A stretch of DNA of 63,349 nucleotides, the filler included, from Moniliella sp. 'wahieum' (taxonomy: Eukaryota): assembly GCA_003971905.1 (NCBI GenBank). It is 3 parts of 3 records of this genome, joined end to end, with 100 filler letters (N's around TTAATTAATTAA, not from the genome) between each part and the next. Parts side by side here need not be neighbours in the genome. Positions count along the whole stretch, not along the records: positions 22,237 to 49,110 come from RSEE01000186.1; 2 more parts are not named here. One strand, 5' to 3'. A program made the position numbers and the translations under genes. Positions 24,955 to 36,494 of this stretch are shown here, piece by piece (position 1 is the first letter of the stretch; the number at the start of each line of letters is the position of its first letter). Under the pieces are notes generated by a model. That model was given only the letters and a program-made list of their open reading frames with translations. It searched no databases and had not been told where the DNA came from.

Positions 24955-25994
24955 ATGGTACGTCCACACGACTCCCTTCTCGCCGCTGCGCGCAGTCCTA
25001 ACCCCCCCCCCGCCCAGTCCCGCCCCTCTGCCAGCGCGCCTCATCTTGTCTGGGCCGGCGGCCACATCCTGACGCTCTTCTGCGGCGCCTGGGCGCTGAT
25101 CAGGACGCTTGTCTTGATGCGGGCCGCCAGGCTGGCGACCGCGTCCTACGTCATCGCTTACCTCGGCGCATTGGTCAGCTACGGGATTGTGGTCTACAAG
25201 TCCTTTGGCCGGCCGCAGTGTCCAAGGCCAGTCTGCACCGCATCCTTCTGGATGAGAAATGCAGTACTTGGTCCTGTCGTTTACTGGCTGTGGACCTACT
25301 CTACCCCCATCCCCATCACGCTGGTTCCCTTTGTCGTCTTTCCCTCTTCCATGTCCTCACCTTCTTCCGCACCACCCTTATCCCCTTGCCTTCCCCCCAT
25401 CGTCCCAGAGCGCCGCCGCCTCGGCCTATCCCAAAAGGGTGCAGACCCTGATCCAGAACTGGGTCAAGACCACCTACAACCCAGCAATGCGCTTTGTCGC
25501 CTACGCCGAAGTGGTCATCTTTGCCCGTCTCCTTTTGGGCGCAATCGCGTTGCGCAACTCGCTTTTGGCTCCGCTCCTGTTTGCCCACTTTATGCGCCTC
25601 CGTTTCGTCATGAGCTCCTTCACGCGTCACGCTTTTGGCCAGGTCCAAACCCAGCTCGACACGCTCAGTCGCAACCCGCGCTGGCCCGGACTCGGTCCGC
25701 AAGGGCTACCTCACTACCCGCGACCTCATTGCTCGGTACGCCAATTCGGTGCTGTCTTTCGATGCCGCGGTGCCTGCTACCCGGCCAAGACTTCGTCCTC
25801 TGCCGCTGCCCCGGCCCGGCCCCGGCTTCGGCCACTTCCACCACCGTACCTGCCGCTGCCCGGCCCCGACCACGCCGACCGCCGTTCCTTCCACTGCCTT
25901 CACGTCCAGCCCCCAAGCCACGACCAGCCTCGACGCTACGGCCGCGACGGCCGCAGCGGCGCATGCTACAACGGGGCCGGGAGCTACGTTTTAA
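24955..25994 (+). CDS. TMEM33/Pom33/Per33 family ER/nuclear-pore membrane protein
   Basis: ATG-only first exon, intron 24958-25017 (GTACGT..CCTAAC..CAG). Motifs VWAGGH, GALVSYGIVVYKSFG, LLDE-QYL, SLFHVLTFFRT, WVKTTYNPAMRFVAYAE, FMRLRFVMSSFTR. Confidence 0.85.
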
Positions 25995-26662
25995 GTGGAA
26001 TCGCTTCTGTCGCCGTGCAGGAGAAACTGCGTGTCGCGTGTCTGCCCTCCGCTCATGCTCTCGAAGCAAGCACAGCCTTCATTCACTGCCTACTTGCCCG
26101 TGGGGAAGGAAACGTGCTCGCGCTCGCGCTCGCACCTCAAATCTGGTGAATCCCTGTTCCTCTCCCTCTCTCCGTCCCTCCCCTCCCCCCGTTGTCGGAT
26201 ACAATGCGTTGATATACTTTGCTCTCTCTCGTTCCCATCCTACTATACTGATACGCTCGCGGGCATAGTGTGTGTGCTTTTCTTCTTTTTTTGTTTCCCG
26301 CCCTGGGTTCCTCCGCGTCGGGCGCCATTGTATTCTCGTTTGGATCAGGTGCATGGGGGCAGCTGGCAATCCCGATCCAGTTGTTGTTTCGTCTAGATAC
26401 AGTCGCAGGAAGCAGGTTCCTGCCGGTTCGCGCGGGGGGCGAGAGAGAAAACTGCTGTGCCCCACCCGCATTCATCGGGGGTATCAAAACCCTGCTACGT
26501 GGGCGTTGTGGACGGGCGGGATGAAATCGTGGTGGTGCAGGGACGAATACCGAAGAGGTAACAAAAGTGACGCGGAGAGGGCATAGGTTCTTCGGTTTCC
26601 ATCCAAGCGATGCCGAGAGGGAAAGGGCGACTGCGCATTTAAACTAGCCGCAACCAAAAAAG

Positions 26663-26757
26663 TGCTTCAAAGGGGAATCGAACCCCTGTCACATCGACAT
26701 CTCACAGGCACGGGGCCAGTCTGGCAACGATGTAGTATACCACTAACCCATTGAAGC
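26663..26757 (-). tRNA. tRNA-Gly(GCC) with 24-nt intron
   Basis: Minus strand reads GCTTCAA TG GGTT AGTGGT ATACT A CATCG TT GCC A[intron]T CGATG TGAC AGGGG TTCGATT CCCCT TTGAAGC A. Acceptor, anticodon and T stems pair; a T6 Pol III terminator follows. Confidence 0.95.
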
Positions 26758-27531
26758 TTACGATGATCCAATGAAATACAAGAAGTAGACAGGCGTGCCG
26801 ATGTGTGCATTCCAAAAGAATCTAACTTCCGACCTCGTTCGCCAACAAAGTACGCTATCTGGGATAGTTTCACCCACCTCCCATCTTCCATTCCCCCTTG
26901 TTTTCGTCCGCCCGCCATATCGTTTCTTTTCCGTGTTGGAGGGGGGGGGCTTGGGACTCTAGGACTTTGGTCCCGTTTGGTCACATGTTAGGCGCCATCG
27001 ACCATCAGAGTGTGGTCCTGTGTCTCTCACCTGTCGGTTCGGACCCGCTTCTTCAACCATCGGCCCGGGGGGGGTTATTTCATCGCACTGTAGGTCGTAT
27101 CTGTGGGATTCCCGTTAGGCCTTAGGCATGCCCGTACACCTTGCCGATCGACCCGCACGAGAGCGCACCCTAGCTGATACCCTGCAACAGCATGTGCAGC
27201 TCGCGGTGTCGAAGAGGTATATGGCAGGTCCGCCCTCCCTCATCACCTGACATTACCGCTTGCTCTCCATCAACCTCAACCAGGAAACGCCAGTGCTAAC
27301 CGTCCCCATGTAATGCTTTTTTCCGCGGTGACTGCATTAGCTACGTAGGTGCCTAGTATCATAGGCGGATATGGGGGGGATGGGGGGAAAGATAGGGGTA
27401 AACCCAACTCAACATTTTAGATTCAAGAGACGAGACTCCTTAACAAATCAGTGAGGCAAGACCAGTCAAGCCTCCTCGACCGATTAAAGAAACAAGACTC
27501 CTTAACGCAAAAAGGCAGCCATCCAACCCAC

Positions 27532-28192
27532 TTACTGCTGGGCAGCAGCGCGCTGGTGGAGCTTGAGGTTCTGGACGAGGGGGCCGTGGTTGTTGACAAA
27601 CTGGAGGTAGCAGCCGTCCTTGATGATACGGTTCTCGGCCATAGCCTGGGTGAACTGGGTGCGGTCGAGCTGGGTGAAGCCCCACTTCTTCGACACAATG
27701 ATCTTCTGGCGACCAGCAAACTTGTACCGGAGCGACGCAGAGCCTCGAGCACGGCAGCCTTGTTGCTGTCCTTGCAGCGGATCGAGATGAGCACCTGGCC
27801 AATGTCGACACGGGCCACCGTGTCGTAGGGCTTGCCCCAGGCACCACGCATACCCGTCTGCAGACGGTCAGCGCCAGCGCACGAGAGCATCTTGTTGATG
27901 CGGATCACGTGGAAGGGGTGCACGCGGATGCGCATGTGGAAAGCGTCCTTGCCGGCGTCTTGACCATGTACTTGTTGGCGCAAATGCGGGCCGCCTCAAG
28001 CGCCTCCGAGGTGATCTGCTGGTGCTCGTCGCACACCATGTGGGCGCAGAAGGGGAAGTCATCAACCGACGCACGCTTGCGGCCCAGGTCAAAGATGCGG
28101 ATCTTGGGCTCGGGCACACCACGGTTGTAGCGCGACTTGGGGTAGGGCTTGTTCTTGCAGTAGCGGTAGCAGCGCGCGGGACGACGACCCAT
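27532..28192 (-). CDS. RPL10: 60S ribosomal protein L10 (uL16), intronless
   Basis: [27 protein letters not shown]...[31 protein letters not shown]...[14 protein letters not shown]; two indel frameshifts. Confidence 0.97.
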
Positions 28193-28504
28193 CTTGATGA
28201 ACTTGGCGGTGGTGGGAAGACAGCCGAGCTAGCCGCAGGGGGAACAGCCACGAGGATGCGGCGGGTAGGCGCAACCCTACTGATGAATAAAATTAGAGCG
28301 GGCGATACACACGGGTCGTGCTAATTGCTGCGGCAATGCCATTCCGTACTAGGGTTATTCCCAATTCCACAGTCGATCACGTGCACGCCTACGCCGTTTG
28401 ATTCGCCACCGGATCTCAGAGACCGCCTTGTTCCCAACGGGCTGTGGAGGTGCTAGAGTGCGACTTGGGAGCACTCGCGATCCTATGGATCAGCTGCAAA
28501 GCAG

Positions 28505-28657
28505 CCTTCAGACAAGGCGTGAAGGCAAAGTGGTGAGCCAAAGTCTTCAAGCAACGTCTCATTGTGAGGAGCAACAGGTCAAGAAAGGAAGCAGAGGCGT
28601 ACCTTCAGACAAGGCGTGAAGGCAAAGTGGTGAGCCACAAGTCTTCAAGCAACGTCT
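28505..28657. repeat. Two ~55-bp direct repeats separated by 42 bp
   Basis: ccttcagacaaggcgtgaaggcaaagtggtgagcca(c)aagtcttcaagcaacgtct at 28505-28559 and 28602-28657. Confidence 0.9.
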
Positions 28658-29104
28658 GAAGAGGGAAGAAAGGAGAGAGAGAAGGGAGATGGAGCGAGCA
28701 GGGCGTGCGCGGCCTGCGAGCGGAACGCTTTCGCTCGGCTAGGCGAGCGTCACCGATCCATTGAGGGCCGCGCAGGAGAACCCTAGCAGTACCCTCTAAC
28801 AGGAGGGGCTGATGACCACGGACTATGGTAGGCATCTTTTAGTAATGACCGCTCATCGACCTCTAGCGAGCCATACAGACCACTGTGACAGCTGCGCTTG
28901 ATTGTATTTGGACGGTGGCCTACTTCAGCCGCGGCCACAGCGCTGTCAACGTCTACACTCGATGCCACTTTCGTGCTCTCGTTCTGGGTTCAGACGAACG
29001 TATTAAAGTCCACGGGTGCATATACACGGTCAAGAACAATACTGATGACTACTCTAGTGTAGCAGTAGTCGTACAATGCACCCCCAATGGCCGCAGCTTT
29101 GGCA

Positions 29105-30062
29105 CTATTCAGCCTCGGGCACGTTGATGGGTGGGGGCAAGGGCGCGCCATGCCGAGCGGCGACAAGGGCACCCACTTCTTCCGCAAACTTCTCCACGGC
29201 CTGGCCGGCTCCCGCATTCGGCAGGACCGTGCCGACGGCAGTAAAAAGGACCGGATCCTTGTTCACTAGGCCCATGCGAAGCCACGCATTCTCCCGCTCG
29301 ATTAGCGCATTGTCCGCCGTCAACTCTCGCAGACGCTGGCGTAACCACCGTGCATCCTCCTCGAGCGCCGTCTCGCGCGCTTTCTTCTTAATCCGGAACC
29401 GCGCTGCAATGCATACCCGTCAGAATTCGCCTCTCAGAAGATCTGCAAAGAGTACCCCATGTGAAACAACGTACCACTTGCTAACGTGTTCCTCCGTCGT
29501 TTCTCTTCCTCGTTAGCCGCATAGGATTCTGCTTCAATCCGCTCTTCCAGCCGTGGCGTCGGAGGTACTCCTGGGCCAGGCGCCGTGGGGAGGTTCCAGG
29601 CAGTGAATGCTCCATGGGGGAGCGGTGCAGGAGGCGGTGCACCCGGACGCAAGTTGACAATGATCGCACTCTTTTTGCGTCGCGCATCTTGCCAGACGTG
29701 AGCGGGTTGATAGGAACCAACGGTGTCTTACTCTTCTTCCTCTTATTGGCCGGCGGGGAGGAACGGGTGGATGCGGTGCTCGGTTGGCCAGGATCTGAGC
29801 TCCTTGGCTCCATGGCCACAGGCGATTCTTGCAGTAGGAGGGAAACCCACGGCGCCCATTCGGCCGTGGCCATCTCAACTGGTGGTGGCGGTGGCGGGTG
29901 AGCGGGAGGTGTTGGCTGAAAAAATGGTGCAGTGGCAGTAGTAGTGGCAGTGGCAGCAACGGGAGCAGGGGAGGCGATTAGCCGGCTGAGACGGGCAGTG
30001 CTATCGGCGCTCCGACTGCGCCGAGGAACGACGAAGGGGGTAGGCGGCGCGTGGGTGGACAT
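29105..30062 (-). CDS. bZIP transcription factor, MetR/CYS-3-like basic region
   Basis: Splicing intron 29474-29404 gives EEEKRRRNTLASARFRIKKKARETALEEDARWLRQRLRELTADNALIERENAWLR. Confidence 0.8.
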
Positions 30063-30594
30063 GGCAGTGGTGGTGGTTGCGGAAAGGACGAGGATGAGTT
30101 GATGATGGCGTTAAACCATGCGTGTGCCCAACATACGTCGACCTGTTGGCACTGCTGCGCCTCGGCTGGTTCAAAGGCTAACAATAACGACCTGTCGGGG
30201 CATGCACCTGGAAGCTTGACGAGTCTCTCTACCAGAGTATAGATGACGCGAGACGTTACACGTCCAAAGATATTCTTACGTCGATACAGCACAGAGTACA
30301 ATAAGATCGGTGTCTTTCATCCACACTCTGTTCCCGCCCCAGCCAAGCGAACCACAAGGCATCTCTGCCGGCTATCAATCGCAAACACTGCAACAGATGC
30401 AGACACCCAACGGCAGAGGGCAGATTGCGAGCCACGCGTCTCGATGGATACTACACTCGTGTTGGGGTCGTGTGGAGAGTGTGCTTGTGCTTGCGAGCAG
30501 CATGGACTGGACTGAGCACGTTGACGTTGAGCGTTGAGTATTGGGCGCTGAGCTGAGCGAGGAGCTGCTCCACGCCGTGCGGGGGGCGTCTCAC

Positions 30595-30630
30595 ATAAGA
30601 CCTAAGACCTAAGACCTTAGCCTAAGACCC
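30595..30630. repeat. (TAAGACC)n heptamer array
   Basis: ataagacctaagacctaagaccttagcctaagaccc; a related sequence is at 50715-50764. Confidence 0.7.
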
Positions 30631-31340
30631 AAGGGGGGAGTTAAGCACCCAAATGGCGTGCTCCGATCGACTTTGGTGCAGTAATATTTTCACAAGTACG
30701 TCGCAGTGCTTTACTCACGCTAGGGTTGCTGCGCTTGCTGTTTTGACGCATGGTGTGCTCCCGCCGACTGACGCCCAGCTGGCTACGCTGGATGCGTTGA
30801 AATGACGTTACCCGGATGGACCAATTGCTTCCCACCACCAGCGTCTGGAGCAAGCGCCTCGTTCCATTCCTCCATGGACCCATCTCCCACCTGAGGCTTG
30901 AAGGCCTGAGGCCTGACCGGCTGACCGGTGACCGCCGATCCTTTGTTGCTGGGGGGGCGCTCCCTTTATTCTACGAGGATTTGGAACATGTATCTGGCAG
31001 CCAGGCAGTGCTCACAGCACCAGCCATGGCCTGCCGTAGTGTTGTTCTACCAGCAGCTCTTGAGCTTGATGCCGGCGATCGATGTGACGTCGTGACGCCA
31101 CGTTGATCGAGATGCCCAACACGCCGACCATCACGCTCGCCAGCGCTCCCCCAGCCGTCGCGGTTGTGCAGCCACTCTCCACCCACACCAGCGGCCCTTG
31201 GCCTGCGGAGTGGCACGTGATGCGGGGTGCGCACGGCGGAATGGTCGAGCGGAAGGGGCGGGGCAGCACTGGAGCAGTGGGGTGGGGGCGCGTGCAGGAC
31301 AGTGTTGCGGCCAAGCTGGCTGCCAACTGCTAATTAGTAC

Positions 31341-31497
31341 ATGGCGGCTTCCGTCGACCGTCGCAGCTCGGCCGCCACCTCGCCTTGCCTGCCGACGGGT
31401 GTCCTCGGCCGCCAGCCTGCCCGCCACGATGCTGACGGCGTGCGAGAGCGCCGAGGCGAATCTGCTCGTGTACCACTACCTCAAGGAGAGTGGCTAG
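31341..31497 (+). pseudogene. LisH-motif fragment (Sif2/TBL1-like N-terminus)
   Basis: ESAEANLLVYHYLKESG* resembles the TBL1/Sif2 LisH start (SDEVNxLVYRYLQESGF). No downstream exon or WD40 region was recognisable. Confidence 0.45.
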
Positions 31498-32046
31498 CTC
31501 GTTGTTGCCATTTCTTTGTACAACTGTGGCTAGTACTACTTGTACTGATTTATTACCCTGACTGATGTGCCGCCGGCCGCCGGGGCACGGTGTGGGACGT
31601 CTGCTGCCCTCCCCTCCGCGCACTTGCGGCTTTTGGTTGTGTCTTAACTCAATCCGTAGGCCCGTCAGAAGGAGAGAGGAATAGAGTGCGAGGCGGGAGA
31701 AACCGCGTAGGAAGGTGGGTTGGAAAGCAGGGCCAGGCTTTGTTGAGGCCTCGAAGGTCGTATACATAACACGGGGCAGCAGGGAGGCATATACATGCCA
31801 ATCAGACGCCTCAGCCTACGTGCCGCACCACAGCGTTCCTGAATTGAAGGAGATGGATTCCAATCGCATGGGGTGGGGGGGGATCTTTCTATATCCGGGT
31901 TCGTGCATCCACACATTCATCAACAAGTCAGAGGAGAGGGGGAGGGCGAGGAGTGGAGAGGAACAGAGAGGGGCGGAGAGGGATTGCCTACCCCAGACAA
32001 AGAGGTAGGATATCCCATCGATCCGAATCAAAAAGGCGATCTGAGG

Positions 32047-34635
32047 CTAGTCTTGCAGTTCCACGCGAATCGAGTAGCGCCATGCAAAAAATTCTTCCCG
32101 CTCAAGGCGGGTGACCAGGCCGCGCGCCAGCGACGGGGCCAGGGAAGAGGTATCATTGAGGTCGAGGAAGCGGTCGTGGGAGATGGGGAAAATGCGGGAG
32201 CGGACGTAGCGGTAGCACTTGCCCACCTTGGCGTCCGAACTGAACCCAATCCGGCCCTCGGGGGAGAGGAGCTCGGCGACGCCCTCGCGGTTGGAGAGGT
32301 AGAGCTGCGGCATGCGGCCGCCAAGGCGCGGACCGTGGTGCACCGATGGCGTGAGCGCGGCCAACAGCGAGCGCAGGTGCGAGGCCATGTACACCGCCTG
32401 CGCCGCATTGATATAGCACGCTTCCGTTGTGTCCTGCGGCTCGTCCTTGAGGAAGGACCAGTACCAGTGGATTGGAGCCGAGCCGAGGTAGATCACCGCA
32501 CCTCCAACAAAGTGGTGGCTGCCGTCGGGCGGCACGACGGGCGCAGGCGCCACCGACGCATGCACCGTCAGCTGTCCTGGCACCGTCGTCGGCGGCATGC
32601 TGTCCGGCAGCAGACCCTCCACCCCACCCCGTACGCACCAAAGGTGAGCGAGGCATGGGCGGTACGTTTAACGTAGAAGAGCAGGCGCCAGAGCGCCGCA
32701 TAGTCCTCCCGCCCCAGGATCGGGTGCACGCGCGGCGACAGGCGCAGCAGCGTGTAAGCAATGTCGGGCCGGGTCGCATGCGCCAGCGCCTTGAGCTTGG
32801 TGTAGGTGTAGGTGTACCACTGCTGCTTTGTCAGCGACAGCGGCGGCTCGGCAATGAAGGTGTCCACGTCCGTGTCGTGGGTGCTCACTGGCGTCAGCGG
32901 CAGCGGGAGGCCCGGCACATCCACCCCTTCGACCCCGAGCCGTGTGAGCAGGCGTAAGATCTCACCCTGCTGGTTGAGGCGGATGTGATGTTCGTCGATG
33001 TGGACCTCGAGAGTGCCGAGGCGACGAAGGGGCCGACCGTTGCGGAGGTGAAGCAGGTCCTTAAGCAAGTCCTCGACCAGATGCACCTCGGCCGTCGAAC
33101 CAATGCACAGCAGCTCGTCCACATACGCGCCCATCACAACATGCAGGCTGGGATGGAAGTACATCCCCTCGTTGTTCTCGATCGGGTGGAAGCCCAGACC
33201 TTCCAACGCGCCTTGAAGCTTGCGAGACCAGCTGTTGCGCACCTCGTCCACCCGTACAATGCCCTGCGCAACTTGAACACGGGCTCGACCATGTCCATGG
33301 GGTGCACCGCCAGACCCGGGGGCTGGGACATGTAGATGTCCTCCTCCACCTCCTCATGGAGGAAGGGATTGAGGTAATCAAAGTGGTGCAGGACCAGGTC
33401 CAAGCTGTGCTTTGCGTACACGGCCAACACAGTGCGCAGTGACATGACGCCGGGCTGGCGAGTCGGAGCGAGCTGACGAGCGGAAAGGTGGACTTGCCGT
33501 ACCACCCCGCCTTCGCCTGGGCTGGCCTTGCAAACAAAGTGGGGCGTGAGCAGTTGTTTCTTTCCCCGCACCAGGGCCATCTCGGGCTTGGCCCAGTCGA
33601 CCAAATCCCAGGTATGAATCGCCTCCAGGTGATGCATCTCGGCCTTGAGGAGAGAAAGCCAGGTGTTGGCATTGGGGCCAGTGATCGCCTGCCGGATGGT
33701 CGGCCGGTTGGGGTCAGTGGTTGAATCCTTCTCCGCAGTGGCCAGCAGAGCGACACGCAGAGTGCGATGCTCGTCAATCGGGTCGAGAAGCGGGACGCTA
33801 GGCGGGGCGGGGTAATCGTGCGGGACACCGGGACGACAACAGGAGGCGGAGGGGGCACTTCCTTCACCGACACTGGTGGAGAGAGGGTGCGCACACCCTT
33901 GTCCTCCGCATCGACCGCCACGATAAAGTCGAGGAGGAGGGTGGTGAGCGCAGCCTCGGTACGCTTCCACCGCTCCAGCTCGGCCGCAGCCGAATCAATG
34001 TCCCAGTACTCGAGACGTTTGCGGTGCTTGACGATATCGACAAAGCGGGCCAGGTAGGCATCACAGAGCGAGGGGTAATAGGGCAAGAACTGGCGGTGAA
34101 GATGGAGGAACTTGTGGTCTTCCCCAGTCGAGTACCCGTACGTCTCGACCCATTCGAGAGTGGTGCGCAACCGAGCGCGGAACTCGGAAAAGGGTTCGTG
34201 GCTGCGGGTAGAAGCATGCAGTGTCAGTGCGGCTGGGCCTTGTGTAACATAAGGAGGAAAGGACATCACATACGGCGCGAGGTTGCACTTTTGTAGCGCA
34301 TTCAGCTCCTGGCACGCCTGCTGATCCAGCGGGCGGCCGATGCAGCCATCAAGCTCCTGGAGCATGGCATGCCCGGTGGAGAGGAGGTGGATGTTCGGCA
34401 CGCGTTCGATGATGGACTCGCCCAGAGCAAGAAGGACGGCTTTGTGGGCATATTGGCGCAGACGATTGCCCGTGTCGGGGGTAACGGACTCGATGATGCG
34501 GCCTTGGAGCTCGAGGGAGACAACGTCAGAGTGGACCGCCCAGTAGGCCAGGAAGCTGTCGCGCCATTGCCAGTAGCGGACGCTCTCGCGGAGGATGGGG
34601 GCGCTAAGGGCAAGCTCTTCGCTGAAGAGCAGCAT
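32047..34635 (-). CDS. Ty1/copia-derived Gag-RT-RNaseH gene lacking protease, integrase and LTRs (candidate domesticated gene)
   Basis: Gag-like N-terminus (APILRESVRYWQWRDSF). RT motifs PTIRQAI..W....AEMHHLEAIHTWDLV, HHFDYLNPFLHEEVEEDIYMSQPPG, KLRRALYG, AYVDELL, ATRPDIAY. RNaseH-like GAVIYLGSAPIHW..DTTEACY. About 3 single-base frameshifts and no internal stops in the stitched frame. Confidence 0.85.
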
Positions 34636-36494
34636 GGTGGGGGCGGGGGGGAGCGGAGTGAGGCGGAGGGGCGGGCGGGTTAAAAGGACGGGGGGGTGGA
34701 TGCGCAGATGTGCGACGAATGTCCACTGGGCGCAGAATGTTTTGCCGCTGGCGGGGGTGGCGTTGGTGGAGAAGGCCAGGGCCCAGCCCCTATCGTGAAT
34801 ATTGAATGTTTGGGCTGCCGGCGGTGGCGCAGGCTGTTCGGCGCGCTTTGGCCACGGCTACGTTCACATGTTCACACGTACGCACACGTACGTTCACCAT
34901 GTCCACCCCCTTCATGCGTGAGTACGGAGAGCTAGTGACTGGCCCTGGCCCCGTCTCACTCTGTCCAATCTGAATCTGCCCTGCCCGATATCTGCCGCAG
35001 GCGTCCTGGATCGCGTCCAAAAACAAAGAGCCTTGGGCTTATCGATGTCAGGTCTCATGCCAGCTCTCTGAATGAGGCAAGTAGCACCCAGAACTTGGCT
35101 GTCGCTTCGAGTCCGGATGTGGGAGCTGGCTGGCAGAGTGCTTAGCGCTTAGCGCTTTTGCATTGCGGCACACACGATGCTGAGTGCAGGCGGGGAAGCG
35201 GAGAGGCCCCGCTCGATAATAATTTGGCGTGTCGCTGATCATGAGTGTGCTGCTAGCGGCTACATGTGACAGAGCTGTGGAGTTCTTCTGTCCTACCACA
35301 CAGCCACAAATGACTAGTGACTCTCAAGGTGTGGGGGGCTGGGGAGAAGAACGCTGTGCCGAGGGGCGAGCAACGCGCAACGAGAGCAGCGTACGTACAG
35401 CCAGTTCAGCCTATAGACTAATCCCCTTCCGCAGGAGGGAAGATGTTCAAGTACTATCCAAGTTTTGCGCCAGGAGAGCGGCGTGGCTAAAAAGATCAGC
35501 CGGTGAAGCCGGTGACTCAGTACTGAAAAGATCCATGCTTTTTGTGCAATCTTTAAGCCCAAGGCGACTGGTACTGATTTGCATCGTCAGTACTGAGACT
35601 CAGTACTCAGGAGCAGTACTTGCATATACATGCACGACAGAATTCACATGTTAATAGTTGTCTTTTTTCTCTCGGAAGGAGGATGCCCCCCCGCACAAGG
35701 CAACTGCTGTTTCTCGCACGTCCAACTGAAGTGCTTCTCAGTTGGCGCTACCTGGCGGGGATGGAGAGCCACAAAAAGTATTTTAGTTAGGTACGTTAGG
35801 AGCCAGCTCTCTGTGTATTTCCGAATCGCATTGACACAGTGACGGGTGCCAGTCACTGACCGGCCGTCCCAGTGTTTTGGCCAGTGAACGACAACAGACA
35901 TGGGGAGCGCTGGAAGCGATCTGCGGGCTCTGCTTCCAAGAACATGGGTGGCGAAGCCGTGCATTCAGCAGATGTGGGTAGGGCTGCAATGTGTTTGGGT
36001 ACGCTTTTCTCGACACATGCCCACGGACACATCATGCATCAACCCGCCACCAAGTATTTTCCGGTTGCTGGGTAGATTTGTGCCACACTGCGTAGTGGCA
36101 CCGGTAGCTCAAGCTCGCTTCTCCCTTCGGTGCATTCAATATTCCTTCCGCAGGAATATTCTCTGGCTTCTCTGTAGCTCATGTGCCGTGCAATGCACGA
36201 TCAACTACCTGCTCTCTGGCCTCCTACAGATCCATTCGCAGTTCCAGCAACCCCCCCCCCCACCAAGGCGGAGAGAAAGACGGGGGGAGAGAGGGCATGG
36301 GTCGAGCGTGCAGCAGCTAGCCGAGTGAGAGAACTGCCGCAGTGCGCTGGGAAAAATCTTTTTGGCGGAATAAATCTGTGCGATCTCTTTTTCCTCAGTC
36401 TGCTTCGTTCGCGGAATACATCGAGACTGGGCTAGTGCTAGACCCCAATTGCAGCCAACTCCCCAATTCAATTTCCAACAATTCGCTCAGCTCG

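Noticed and set aside
27532..28192. Frameshifts in RPL10 and most other genes as pseudogenisation or programmed frameshifting
   Set aside because: They occur in essential genes and differ between the two duplicate copies in contig A, consistent with long-read indel errors.
28505..28657. Repeat-spacer-repeat as a CRISPR array
   Set aside because: There are only two 55-bp repeats, the context is eukaryotic, and no cas genes are present.
30816..31106. 96-aa ORF MDQLLPTTSVW...
   Set aside because: Protein-like composition but no identifiable family; too weak to call.
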